Source of the DNA: a virus
Lineage: Duplodnaviria; Caudoviricetes
Virus record (IMG/VR): IMGVR_UViG_3300022821_000091
Location: 1 to 27,675 of that record
DNA length: 27,675 nt
Direction: 5' to 3' (one strand)
Made by a program: the position numbers and the translations under genes. The notes beneath the pieces were generated by a model. That model was not told where the DNA came from. It saw nothing but the letters and a program-made list of their open reading frames with translations, and did not search any database. This document shows, in pieces, positions 15,919-25,636 of the stretch. Numbering within the stretch: position 1 is the first letter of the stretch; every line of letters begins with the position of its first letter.

Positions 15919-17082
15919 ATGGCAGATACAAGATTGGTGGATATGCAATACCACTTTCTCTATGACCCAACAATATTTGGTGCCAGTGATGATTATTTTA
16001 AGAACATAACACTTAAAAAACCATCAATTGCTGGTGGGAAAATAAGACTTAATGCCGTTACTGTAAATACGACTGACTTTTTTATGTATGGAAATTTTGA
16101 GTTTAGAACTCAAGTTCCTACAGTTCCGACAGGCGGAGATTCTCGTATCATTGGTATTTATACCAGAGCTATGGGTAATCGAAATGCCGCGTATTTCTTT
16201 ATCAGTGGTACAAGTCTTTATACAAGATCTTATAACGATGATAGTGCTGTTGCAGAATCTAATACCATTACATGGGATACTACATGGACTAATACTCCTA
16301 CATCATTTGAAATTAAATGGAGAATAGATAGAGTAGAATTTTGGATTGGTAATGGAAGTTTAAAAAGAAAAGTAGCTACTCATTATGACAAAGTTCCAAG
16401 AGCGTTAACTTTACCATTATATATTTATAATGGTAATAGTGATAATATGGATGTTAGTTGGATATGGATAGACGAAGTTAGAAAACATGTAAGAGGTAGT
16501 GCAGAATTTTATTCTTCTACATCTTCTACATCTAGTTCAACCTCATCTAGTACCTCTAGTTCAACTTCATCTAGTACATCAAGTTCTACGACTACAAGTT
16601 CAACTTCTAGTTCTACAAGTTCTAGTACTTCTAGTTCAACAAGTTCAACCTCATCTAGTACGTCAAGTTCTACTTCAAGTTCAACAAGTTCAACTTCTAG
16701 TTCTACAAGTTCTAGTACTTCTAGTTCAACAAGTTCAACCTCATCTAGTACGTCAAGTTCTACTTCAAGTTCAACAAGTTCAACATCTTCTAGTACATCA
16801 AGTTCTACTTCTAGTTCAACAAGTTCAACTTCTAGTTCAACTTCATCTAGTACATCTAGTTCAACTTCTAGTTCGACTTCATCTAGTACTTCAAGTTCTA
16901 GTTCAAGTTCGACTTCATCTAGTACTTCAAGTTCTAGTTCAAGTTCGACTTCAAGTTCTACATCAAGTTCAACAAGTTCAACTTCTAGTTCAACTTCATC
17001 TAGTACCTCTAGTTCTAGCTCGTCTAGTACGTCAAGTTCTAGTTCATCTAGTACATCAAGTTCAACCTCATTGTTAGGTTAA
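15919..17082 (+). CDS. ConA/GH16-like beta-sandwich protein with 186-aa Ser/Thr tail
   Basis: FMYGNFEFR and FEIKWRIDRVEFWI resemble GH16/LamG strands; residues 199-384 are only S or T. Confidence 0.8.
   Translation: MADTRLVDMQYHFLYDPTIFGASDDYFKNITLKKPSIAGGKIRLNAVTVNTTDFFMYGNFEFRTQVPTVPTGGDSRIIGIYTRAMGNRNAAYFFISGTSLYTRSYNDDSAVAESNTITWDTTWTNTPTSFEIKWRIDRVEFWIGNGSLKRKVATHYDKVPRALTLPLYIYNGNSDNMDVSWIWIDEVRKHVRGSAEFYSSTSSTSSSTSSSTSSSTSSSTSSSTTTSSTSSSTSSSTSSSTSSTSSSTSSSTSSSTSSTSSSTSSSTSSSTSSTSSSTSSSTSSSTSSTSSSTSSSTSSSTSSTSSSTSSSTSSSTSSSTSSSTSSSSSSSTSSSTSSSSSSSTSSSTSSSTSSTSSSTSSSTSSSSSSSTSSSSSSSTSSSTSLLG
16513..17070 (+). repeat. Ser/Thr coding low-complexity repeat
   Basis: TSSS-type periodicity with mixed synonymous codons; perfect 90-nt tandem duplication 16594-16683/16684-16773. 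Confidence 0.95.
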
Positions 17083-17095
17083 TGATATGTTATAA

Positions 17096-17118
17096 GAGGG
17101 GGGTTAATTCCCCCTTCA
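17096..17118 (+). terminator. GC-rich hairpin after S/T gene
   Basis: AGGGGGG-TTAA-TTCCCCCT; poly-T tail weak. Confidence 0.4.
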
Positions 17119-17160
17119 CTAACATAAAAATATAAAAAATAATAAAAAAATTTTAAAGAT

Positions 17161-17439
17161 ATGGATAGTATTAATAAAAATGGTAATAGAAAATCCGAAG
17201 AGGTTTGTATTGCTGAACTAAAAAAAGATCAAAATTTTATGTCACAAACATTAAATAGAATAGAGAAAACTCTAAACGATTTTATAAATAAAGCTGACGA
17301 AAAATATGCTATTAAGTCAACAGAGGAAGATTTAAAAGATTTAGAAAAACAAATATCATCTAGAAATTACGATTGGTTAAAATATGCTATAGTTACTGCT
17401 ATAGGAATAGGAATAACTTTATTATTAGCTTATTCATAA
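17161..17439 (+). CDS. Coiled-coil protein with C-terminal transmembrane helix (XhlA/holin-like)
   Basis: Heptad region then WLKYAIVTAIGIGITLLLAYS. Confidence 0.6.
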   Translation: MDSINKNGNRKSEEVCIAELKKDQNFMSQTLNRIEKTLNDFINKADEKYAIKSTEEDLKDLEKQISSRNYDWLKYAIVTAIGIGITLLLAYS

Positions 17440-17463
17440 GGAATATAAAAATTTATAAATTAT

Positions 17464-18462
17464 ATGGATATAAATAATATAAAATCTGGTGCAGTTAGAG
17501 ACAGACATGATAAACGAGATTATATATATGAAAAAACACTAGGTGCCGGAGAAGTAATTACAACTAATGAATGGGAAGAAGGTTATGATATAGAAAAAAT
17601 TATTGGTATTTCATTAAATCCTAATAATCAACATTCTTCATCATCATGCGTAGGGCAAGCTTATTCTAAATATAGTGCTGTCCTTAATTTTATAGAAACA
17701 ACAAAATGGGATGAACATTCTGCTAAGGCTGTTTATTCTCAAATTACTCTCGGATATGGTAAGGGAGCATTTTTACGCGATGGAGCCGCTCATTTAGTTG
17801 ACTGGGGCTCTGTTTTTGAAACTATAGTAAAATCATATAAAGATAACGGAACAACAGACGAAGAATTCATGATTAATAAAACATGGATTACACCAGAAAT
17901 AGAAAAACTTGCTAAAATATTACAAGCTAAAGAATATAGATTAATTCAAGGAATAGGAATTGATATTTTTGCTAGAGCAATAAAGGATGGTAATGGTGTT
18001 GTTGCTGGAGTTGAGGGAGTAAATAATGGAACGTGGAATAATATATATCCATCTCCTCCAACATTAGAAACTCCACAAAAAGATTTATGGGGACATGCTT
18101 TATATTTTGGTAAATTTAGAATAAAAGATGGAAAGAAACAAGTCGGATTTATTAATTCATGGGGGAATATTGGAGAGAATGGATGGCAATGGTTAGGAGA
18201 AGAATGGTTTGATAATAGTAATAGATTTATATTTAATCCATGGGTTTTAATTGATAAAAAAAATAAAGAAGAAAATATGACATTTAAAAAAGAAAAAAAT
18301 AGTACAAATATCTATCTTGTTAATGAAGAACATAAAACTAAGTCAATGGTGGTCGATATGGAATCACTAGATGCTTTTTTTGGAGAATATGAAGAAGTTG
18401 ATAGTTTAGCTGAATATAAATTACATGGAACTTTTGCTTGGTTTAATAGAATTATTAATTAA
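17464..18462 (+). CDS. Papain-like (C1) cysteine peptidase
   Basis: NQHSSSSCVGQA (oxyanion Q, catalytic C), GHAL (H), INSWG (N); D.RDY N-terminal motif. Confidence 0.85.
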   Translation: MDINNIKSGAVRDRHDKRDYIYEKTLGAGEVITTNEWEEGYDIEKIIGISLNPNNQHSSSSCVGQAYSKYSAVLNFIETTKWDEHSAKAVYSQITLGYGKGAFLRDGAAHLVDWGSVFETIVKSYKDNGTTDEEFMINKTWITPEIEKLAKILQAKEYRLIQGIGIDIFARAIKDGNGVVAGVEGVNNGTWNNIYPSPPTLETPQKDLWGHALYFGKFRIKDGKKQVGFINSWGNIGENGWQWLGEEWFDNSNRFIFNPWVLIDKKNKEENMTFKKEKNSTNIYLVNEEHKTKSMVVDMESLDAFFGEYEEVDSLAEYKLHGTFAWFNRIIN

Positions 18463-18472
18463 TAATAAATAT

Positions 18473-18658
18473 ATGATTAAAGAGATTACACAATCTGTTA
18501 TTGCAGTATTAGTAGTTGGTGGTGCTATTTATGCAGCCATCGTTGGTAATACTTTAGCAGTAAATTATTTAGTTGGTATTGCTGGTATTGTTATCGGATT
18601 TTACTTTCAAGATGGTATGACTGCTTTAAAAAAAGCATTTGGATCAAAGAAGAAATAA
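18473..18658 (+). CDS. Two-TM holin-like protein
   Basis: Two hydrophobic helices, IVIGFYF, basic C-terminus; ATG 18473 preferred. Confidence 0.65.
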   Translation: MIKEITQSVIAVLVVGGAIYAAIVGNTLAVNYLVGIAGIVIGFYFQDGMTALKKAFGSKKK

Positions 18659-18678
18659 AAAATTAATTAGATGAAAAT

Positions 18679-20106
18679 ATGAAGAATATAAAACTAAGCG
18701 ATGTAATAAGCAGCGTGGAGTCTCTTGGCAGTTATTTTATAACAATAACATCAAGAGATACAAATAAAATAGAAAATGATTTAAAGCATTATGTTTTTAG
18801 AAAACAATTTTCTAATGATGATATAGTTCCATCTCTAGACGTTTGCGTACGCGGTTTAGGAGTAAAATTTCCACAATTAGTTCCAGTTATAATACCAAAA
18901 ATAATAAATGAAAAAGTTAAACCACTTAAAATTGCTATAATTACTCATTTTAATAGAGCACCTGATTCTTATTCTCCCGGAAAAGCTGTAAAGAATCAAA
19001 TAAAACTATTAATGGAGTATGGGCATGAAGTGGTATTTTTTGTACAAGAGGGTAGTAAATTAGATGTTGGATGTACAATGAAACCAATAATGCCAAAGTT
19101 TAAAAGAATAAAGAACGTAGTAGATAATGAAGCAAAAGAAAAGATTAAAAATATATTAAAGTCAGAATTAACAGATAATTTTGATATAGTTATTACTCAT
19201 GATTTCTTTATAGACGACTGTATAACGTATAGAGAGGCTATAAAAGAGTGTGGAATAGACATTAAATGGCTTCATTGGGCACGTTCTGGTATTGGTAGAC
19301 CAATAGATTTTAAAATGGATAACACTAGATATGTATACATGAATTATGCTGACGTTGGAGTTTTCGCAGAAAGAATTAATGTTAATTCAGATAAAGTTAG
19401 AGTTATATTTAATGAGAAGGATCCAGCATTATTATTTCAATGGAATCCAATAACTAAATATATTGCTGATAAAATGAAACTTTATGATAAAGAGATTATT
19501 CAAACATATCCAATTTGTACTACTAGGATGGATTCTAAGGGTCTTAATTCGGTAATAAAAGTATTTGCTGAACTTAAAAAATGTGGAAAAAAAGTTGCAT
19601 TAATAATATGTAATTCTAATGGTAGACGTAGATTAGATGAAATTAAAAGTAAACAAGATTATGCTAAATCTTTAGGATTAACAGATAAAGATATTGTTTT
19701 TACTAGTACACTTTCTAATGAAGAACACATTATACATAGTGAAGTTCCGAATAAGGTTGTTTCAGAATTATTACAGATTTCAAATCTATTTGTATTTCCA
19801 ACAGTCGCAGAGGTTTGTAGTAATGTGTTATTAGAAGCATCAATGACTAAAAATCTATTAGTTTTAAATGAAGACTTGCCATTACTGTTTGATTTTGCTG
19901 ATGAAAATTCTGTTTTAAAATATCCATTCACATCTTCAAGAAATTTACATTATTCTGGTAGAGATGATAAGCCAGTTAATGATTTAGCTAAAAGTATTAT
20001 TAATCAATTAGATAATAATAAAAACGATTTACAATTTAGACGAATATGGAGAGTACATAATAGACATGCTATTTATCAAATGTTAAAAAACGTTTTATAT
20101 GAATAA
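18679..20106 (+). CDS. GT-B (GT4-like) glycosyltransferase
   Basis: KIAIITH...GHEV; NLFVFPTVAEVCSNVLLEA (EX7E motif). Confidence 0.85.
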   Translation: MKNIKLSDVISSVESLGSYFITITSRDTNKIENDLKHYVFRKQFSNDDIVPSLDVCVRGLGVKFPQLVPVIIPKIINEKVKPLKIAIITHFNRAPDSYSPGKAVKNQIKLLMEYGHEVVFFVQEGSKLDVGCTMKPIMPKFKRIKNVVDNEAKEKIKNILKSELTDNFDIVITHDFFIDDCITYREAIKECGIDIKWLHWARSGIGRPIDFKMDNTRYVYMNYADVGVFAERINVNSDKVRVIFNEKDPALLFQWNPITKYIADKMKLYDKEIIQTYPICTTRMDSKGLNSVIKVFAELKKCGKKVALIICNSNGRRRLDEIKSKQDYAKSLGLTDKDIVFTSTLSNEEHIIHSEVPNKVVSELLQISNLFVFPTVAEVCSNVLLEASMTKNLLVLNEDLPLLFDFADENSVLKYPFTSSRNLHYSGRDDKPVNDLAKSIINQLDNNKNDLQFRRIWRVHNRHAIYQMLKNVLYE

Positions 20107-21388
20107 TAAAGATATACAACCAGTACCAGTTATTTTAGTAACATATAGAAGACTTCATCTTTTAAAGAAAGTTATTAAGAATATTTATGATAATACTAAA
20201 ATTTATCATAGACTTTATGTGGTTAATAATGATATTACTGATATTGATACAATAAGAACTTTACAACAATTTAAGGCATTTGGTTATATAGATGATTTTA
20301 TAAGTACCGAAGAAAACAAAGGATTATCTTATGGATTTAAAAAAGGTTTTGAGTTCGCTAAAAGTAAAGGAGATTTTAAATTGGTAGTATTTACCCAAGA
20401 TGATTTGCTTAGCCCTAAATTATCTCCGTGTTGGTTAGAAAGATTAGTTCATTTATCTGAAAAAAATCCTGAAATGGGAGCAATATGTATGAGAATAGAA
20501 CGAACTGCTCGGCGCGATATAAATGAATTTTTAGATTTAATACCATCTGATACTGCTTGTCCTGCTGTATTTAGAATTAGTTCAAAAGAATTAATAGAAA
20601 AAATAGGATTTTCTAAACGTCCACATTGGGAAAGTCATGAGTTTTCAAATAGAATTAAAAAAGAAGGCTTTAAAATGGCTATGGCTACTAAGATTTATTC
20701 TAGTCATATTGGTTTTGTTGATAATAAAGGATTTGATAAAGAAACAATGTATCTTACATATGCTGAAAATAAATTAAGTCAACATATAGATAATCCTTAT
20801 CCAAAAATTGATAGTGATACTAATATGCCTATAGAGATAACTACTGGCAAGGATAAAAGGGAGCAAGATAAACGTGAAGCATATTATAAATATTGGGGGG
20901 TAGATTTTAGAGTTAAAAAAACAAAAAGAATTACTCCAGAACAATTAGAGTTAGCAAAATATTGTAAGAAAGGTAAAGGTATTGATATCGGGTGTGGTCA
21001 AATGAAATGCGATCCAAATTGTATTGGAGTTGATATACATCATGAAAGTGTTGCTGAAATAAAAACTGACTGTCGTGATTTATGGATGTTTAACAATGAA
21101 TTAGATTTTGTTGTTAGTAGTCATTCTCTCGAGCATATGCCTGATGTTATAGAAGTATTAAAAGAATGGAAGCGTGTTTTAAAAGTAGGAGGAATTATGG
21201 GAATAGCTGTTCCTAATGGACATAAATATCCGAAGTTTATTATAAAGAATGGTCATAAGATAAATTTTGGTATGGAGGAATTAAGGTTGATATTTAAGTT
21301 TATTTTAAAGATGAAAATAATAAAATTAAAACTAGTATCTAATACTAAAGGAATAGATAGAGTTATATTAATAATAGGAAAAAAATAA
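20099..21388 (+). CDS. GT2 glycosyltransferase fused to SAM methyltransferase
   Basis: PVILVTYRR, FTQDD; C-terminal IDIGCG, DFVVSSHSLEH, RVLKVGG. Confidence 0.85.
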   Translation: MNNKDIQPVPVILVTYRRLHLLKKVIKNIYDNTKIYHRLYVVNNDITDIDTIRTLQQFKAFGYIDDFISTEENKGLSYGFKKGFEFAKSKGDFKLVVFTQDDLLSPKLSPCWLERLVHLSEKNPEMGAICMRIERTARRDINEFLDLIPSDTACPAVFRISSKELIEKIGFSKRPHWESHEFSNRIKKEGFKMAMATKIYSSHIGFVDNKGFDKETMYLTYAENKLSQHIDNPYPKIDSDTNMPIEITTGKDKREQDKREAYYKYWGVDFRVKKTKRITPEQLELAKYCKKGKGIDIGCGQMKCDPNCIGVDIHHESVAEIKTDCRDLWMFNNELDFVVSSHSLEHMPDVIEVLKEWKRVLKVGGIMGIAVPNGHKYPKFIIKNGHKINFGMEELRLIFKFILKMKIIKLKLVSNTKGIDRVILIIGKK

Positions 21389-21398
21389 AATAAAAAAT

Positions 21399-22004
21399 AT
21401 GGCTAATAAATTTACACCACAAAAAGAATTAAAACAATTTCCTCCAGAATTAATGGGACTTAAAGAAAAAGGATTTAACATGGCTGGTTTCGTACCACTT
21501 TTATACTCAATTGGAACAGACTATATTAAGGGGTTGAGAAATATTTTAGAGATAGGTGTTCGTGGAGGTACAAGTACAAATGCGTTTTTATTGGGAATTA
21601 GAGACCGTGGACACAAGAATGTTCATCTTTATAGTATGGATATATCTGATTGTTCTGGTGTTGTAAAAGATGATGAACTTAAAAAGTACTGGACATTCAT
21701 GAAAGGTGATTCTAAGGAACTTCCATGGGATAAAGAGATAGATGTTTTACTTATAGATGGTGATCATTCATATGATGGCGTAAAGGCTGATTTTGAGCGT
21801 TTTTCTCCTTTTGTAAAAGAAGGTGGTATAATTTTAATGCACGATGCCAGATGGTTCGCGAAAGGCGTTATTAAATATTTTTGGGATGAAATAAAATATC
21901 CAAAATCAATTTTACCGTTATCTAAATCTGGTATGGGGATTGTATATAAAAAACTTCCACCATATTATGATGATAGTATGGTTAAAGTAGATAATAAGTT
22001 ATGA
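21399..22004 (+). CDS. Class I SAM methyltransferase (Methyltransf_24-like)
   Basis: ILEIGVRGGTST, LLIDGDHSY, GGIILMHD. Confidence 0.9.
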   Translation: MANKFTPQKELKQFPPELMGLKEKGFNMAGFVPLLYSIGTDYIKGLRNILEIGVRGGTSTNAFLLGIRDRGHKNVHLYSMDISDCSGVVKDDELKKYWTFMKGDSKELPWDKEIDVLLIDGDHSYDGVKADFERFSPFVKEGGIILMHDARWFAKGVIKYFWDEIKYPKSILPLSKSGMGIVYKKLPPYYDDSMVKVDNKL

Positions 22005-22594
22005 AAAAATGTAAAGTAAAAAATTGTAATAGAATACATTTAGCAAATGGTTATTGTAGAAAACATTATCATCAAATAAGAGATTATGGTAAAATTATAA
22101 AAAGAACTATTTATGATAAAAATGAAATAATAGAACATAATAATTATTGTGAAGTAATATTATATGATATAAATTGTAATGAAAGTGGAAGAACTACTAT
22201 AGACAAAGAGTCTCTTAATGAAATAATAAAATATAAATGGAGACTTAACTCTAAGAGGTATGTAATAACTGATATACCTAGTGGTAATGGTAAAAAGATA
22301 TTATTACATAGACTTATTACTAAACCATTAGATAATATTGAAATAGATCATATAGATAGAAATCCTCTTAATAATAGAATTAGTAATTTAAGATTTGCTA
22401 CTAGACAAGAAAATAATAGAAATACTAAAGGTCTTGGAGTATGTTGGCACAAACAATCAAAAAAATGGAGAGCATATATTATGATAAATTATAAGCAAAT
22501 ATCATTAGGATTATTTAATTATAAAAAAGATGCATTAATTAGTAGAGAAAAAGCAGAATTAAAATATTTTAAAGAATTTGCTAAAAAAAAATAA
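22001..22594 (+). CDS. HNH endonuclease with AP2-like domain and N-terminal Cys/His motif
   Basis: CKVKNC...CRKHY; LHRLI, DHIDRNPLNNRISNLR; GVCW...KWRAYI...LGLF. Confidence 0.9.
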   Translation: MKKCKVKNCNRIHLANGYCRKHYHQIRDYGKIIKRTIYDKNEIIEHNNYCEVILYDINCNESGRTTIDKESLNEIIKYKWRLNSKRYVITDIPSGNGKKILLHRLITKPLDNIEIDHIDRNPLNNRISNLRFATRQENNRNTKGLGVCWHKQSKKWRAYIMINYKQISLGLFNYKKDALISREKAELKYFKEFAKKK

Positions 22595-22595
22595 T

Positions 22596-23189
22596 ATGAT
22601 TACAAGAGGTTATGCTAGAAAATATGTTGGTGGAAATTGGGATACAGCAGGAATAAAACAATTCAATCTTTTAATTAATGAAGGATTAACACCTAATCAT
22701 AAATTATTAGATGTTGGTTGTGGAAATTTAAGGGCTGGAATATATTTTATTGATTATTTAAATATAGGAAATTATACTGGTTTAGATCATCATAGATGGT
22801 TAATTGATGCCGGTATTAATAATGAATTAGAAGAAAAAGTTAATACAGAAAAGAAACCAACATTTATAGTAAATAATAATTTTAATTTAACATCAGTTGA
22901 AAATAAATTTGATTTTATTATAGCTAAGTCTGTATTCACACATTTACCACAAAAAGATATAGTTACATGTTTAAATAGTGTTGCTAGTGTATTAAAAAAA
23001 GATGGACATTTTTATGCTAGTATTTCTATTGGTTCTTCAATAAATAATTTAGAAGAATCACATGATAATAAAAGGTTTAGATATACAGTAGAGGAAATAA
23101 AAGAATTAAGTAAAGATTTATTTAATATAGAGAAAATAGGTAATCAAGGATGTTTTTCTCAAACAATGCTTAAATTTACGTTAAAATAA
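22596..23189 (+). CDS. Class I SAM methyltransferase
   Basis: LLDVGCGNLRAG, FDFIIAKSVFTHL, LKKDG; ATG 22596 preferred. Confidence 0.9.
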   Translation: MITRGYARKYVGGNWDTAGIKQFNLLINEGLTPNHKLLDVGCGNLRAGIYFIDYLNIGNYTGLDHHRWLIDAGINNELEEKVNTEKKPTFIVNNNFNLTSVENKFDFIIAKSVFTHLPQKDIVTCLNSVASVLKKDGHFYASISIGSSINNLEESHDNKRFRYTVEEIKELSKDLFNIEKIGNQGCFSQTMLKFTLK

Positions 23190-23190
23190 T

Positions 23191-23808
23191 ATGGCAAATG
23201 TATCGATTATAACAGCAGGATATTCAGCAAAATATTTAGATGGAGTTTGGAATAGTATTAAAAAACAAACTCATACTAATTGGGAATGGATTTTAGTTTG
23301 TGATAATTCTATTGATGTGCGTGATTGGTATGATGATATGAATATTAAAGGAGAATTTGATAATTATCATGTTTGGGCTATAGTGATTGGTAAAAATCAG
23401 GGAAGGTTTGGTTTAGTATCTAGGAATATTGGAGCTATGTGTGCTAGTTGTAATCGTATACAATTTGTAGATGATGATAATGAATTAGAAGAAGATGATT
23501 ATTTAGAAGAAGTTCTTAGAGTTGAAATGGAAACAGGTAAAATACCATATACTAAATTACATTTATTAGGAAAGAAACCAAATTCAACTTATAATAGATA
23601 TAAAATAACATCTTTATCTAGACATCATATCGATCTTGGTAATCCATTATATTATAAGAAAAACTTTTTAAAGTATGGTTATTTCGATGATACAAGAAAC
23701 AGAATAATGTTTGATTTTGATTTAATAGAAAAAATAATTAACGGAGAAGGTAAAGATAATTTTATACAAGTAGATAGAAATCTTCTCTTTAGACATAAGC
23801 GTTACTAA
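23191..23808 (+). CDS. GT2 glycosyltransferase
   Basis: VSIIT, QTHTNWEWILVCD, SRNIG, QFVDDD. Confidence 0.85.
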   Translation: MANVSIITAGYSAKYLDGVWNSIKKQTHTNWEWILVCDNSIDVRDWYDDMNIKGEFDNYHVWAIVIGKNQGRFGLVSRNIGAMCASCNRIQFVDDDNELEEDDYLEEVLRVEMETGKIPYTKLHLLGKKPNSTYNRYKITSLSRHHIDLGNPLYYKKNFLKYGYFDDTRNRIMFDFDLIEKIINGEGKDNFIQVDRNLLFRHKRY

Positions 23809-23812
23809 AAAT

Positions 23813-25207
23813 ATGACAAGAGACTTTTTAAAAGATAAAAAAATAATTGGTACAATGTTAGTTTCTCGAGGTGGAGAAATGTTAAATATTACAGTTCCAG
23901 AACTTCTTAAGTGGTGTGACTGGGTTCTTTTAATGATGGATAATGAAAATGATGAGACTAGAAATATTTGTAACGACCTATTTAAGAGATATCCAGAAAG
24001 GATAAGAATAGAACATAGTGGATTCCCTAGAGCTACAGAAGAACAAGAAAATACACCAAGAGGATTATTCCATAGATTTAAACCATTACAAGGTCCAATT
24101 AGAGACACTGTATTTGAATACTTTAGACAACATCAAAATGAAGTTGATATATTAATATGGCCAGACAGCGATGAAATTTTTTCAGATTCATTTAAACAGT
24201 TGTTAATAGACTTTAATGTTATGGATGATAAGAAAGCTATAACCATGAAGCCAGTAGATGTATTTGGAGATATGAATACTATCCATAGTAGAAGCATGAC
24301 AGGACATACTAGGGTATTCAAATTCTTTCCAGAATTGACAGCTTTACCATATAGAACAGCCTGTAATCATAGACCACTTACAAAACTTGATAGAATTGGT
24401 TCATCTAGGGTTTTAATACATTTATGTAGTTTAAGTTTAAATAAAAGGGATTGGCGTAATACACATTGGAAACCAAATGCTAATAACAGCGAGGCTCTTT
24501 GGAGACTACCAAAAAATATTAAAAAAATGACTCCAGATGAGTTACATGATATATTACATAAAGAGCCAGATTTGACCATAGAGGAGTATTTACGTGGTGG
24601 AGATAAAAGATTACCTGTTGGAGTTAATAATGCCAACACGGCTCTATTAGAGGCATCTGTGTTGCTTACAGACATAGGGGTGAGACATTATTTAGCGTTT
24701 GGAACTGCTTTAGGTGTATATCGCGATAAAATGTTGATAAAATGGGACTGGGATGTTGATTTAATATGTTTAGGAGAAGATATAGATAAAATAGATAATA
24801 ATGTTAAAAAAATATTAGATGCTGGATTTTCTGATTTTAAAAGAAAACAAGATATACCAAAATGGAAAAGAGAAGATGGAACTATTAGTGAAGAAAAATA
24901 TGTTCGAACTTATAGTTTTAAAAAATATGGTGTTAGAATAGATATTGATCCAGCATATATTAGTGCTGATGGAAAGAGTAGACTAATTTTAAAGGGACGC
25001 AAGAGACAGATTTTTGTAGCTGAAGTAAATATAGAATGGTTTGACAATCCACTTAAAATACGGTATAATAATTATGAATATAATTTACCTAATCCTCCAG
25101 AAGATTATTTAAAATCTAATTATGGAAATGGATGGAATAAACCAACATATGGTCCAATGCCATGGAGCAAAAGACAATGTAAAAGGGATTATTGGGAAAT
25201 TAAATAA
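23813..25207 (+). CDS. GT-A-like domain fused to LicD/fukutin-family phosphotransferase
   Basis: N-terminal ILIWPDSDE; C-terminal YLAFGTALGVYRD...WDWDVDL and PNPPEDYLKSNYG.GW. Confidence 0.85.
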   Translation: MTRDFLKDKKIIGTMLVSRGGEMLNITVPELLKWCDWVLLMMDNENDETRNICNDLFKRYPERIRIEHSGFPRATEEQENTPRGLFHRFKPLQGPIRDTVFEYFRQHQNEVDILIWPDSDEIFSDSFKQLLIDFNVMDDKKAITMKPVDVFGDMNTIHSRSMTGHTRVFKFFPELTALPYRTACNHRPLTKLDRIGSSRVLIHLCSLSLNKRDWRNTHWKPNANNSEALWRLPKNIKKMTPDELHDILHKEPDLTIEEYLRGGDKRLPVGVNNANTALLEASVLLTDIGVRHYLAFGTALGVYRDKMLIKWDWDVDLICLGEDIDKIDNNVKKILDAGFSDFKRKQDIPKWKREDGTISEEKYVRTYSFKKYGVRIDIDPAYISADGKSRLILKGRKRQIFVAEVNIEWFDNPLKIRYNNYEYNLPNPPEDYLKSNYGNGWNKPTYGPMPWSKRQCKRDYWEIK

Positions 25208-25211
25208 AAAT

Positions 25212-25631
25212 ATGAATGTAAATAAAAAATATAAAACAGGAATTTGCTGGGGCTCATGGGACGGACTACATGTTGGACATCTAAATTTACTTAGAAAAGC
25301 TAGTAAGTATTGTGATATACTTTATGTTGGAGTTAGTACGGATGATTATATTAGAAAAGTTAAGGGGCATGATCCAATGTTTAGTTATAAAAGTAGAGTA
25401 ATGTCATTAAAAATATTTGCTAAACAATTTATTACAAAAGTATTTCCACAAAATTTAGGATGTTATTCTAAAAAAAATATTATAAAAAAAATAAATTTAG
25501 ATATAATTTTTGTTGGTAGTGATTGGAAAAATAAAGAGTGGGAAGGATCAAATCTTGGTATTAAAATAAAATATATACCTTATACTAAAGAAATATCATC
25601 TACGATGTTAAGATTAAAAAAAATAAAATAA
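25212..25631 (+). CDS. TagD-like (glycerol-3-phosphate-type) cytidylyltransferase
   Basis: GSWDGLHVGH, LYVGVSTD, GSDW, YTKEISST; ATG 25212 preferred. Confidence 0.85.
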   Translation: MNVNKKYKTGICWGSWDGLHVGHLNLLRKASKYCDILYVGVSTDDYIRKVKGHDPMFSYKSRVMSLKIFAKQFITKVFPQNLGCYSKKNIIKKINLDIIFVGSDWKNKEWEGSNLGIKIKYIPYTKEISSTMLRLKKIK

Positions 25632-25636
25632 TATTT

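Noticed and set aside
16513-17070. Possible CRISPR array
   Set aside because: No unique spacers or constant repeat; it is an in-frame coding repeat, and no cas genes are present
16499-17077. 192-aa Leu/Val/Gln-rich ORF overlapping the S/T tract
   Set aside because: Shadow frame of repetitive Ser/Thr codons; synonymous variation preserves the S/T frame
1481-24675. Minus-strand ORFs (1481, 4763, 14375, 15633, 19659, 23722, 24133, 24367) and nested plus-frame ORFs (12841, 13641, 16088)
   Set aside because: Overlap well-supported genes, no motifs, composition typical of antisense/shifted frames
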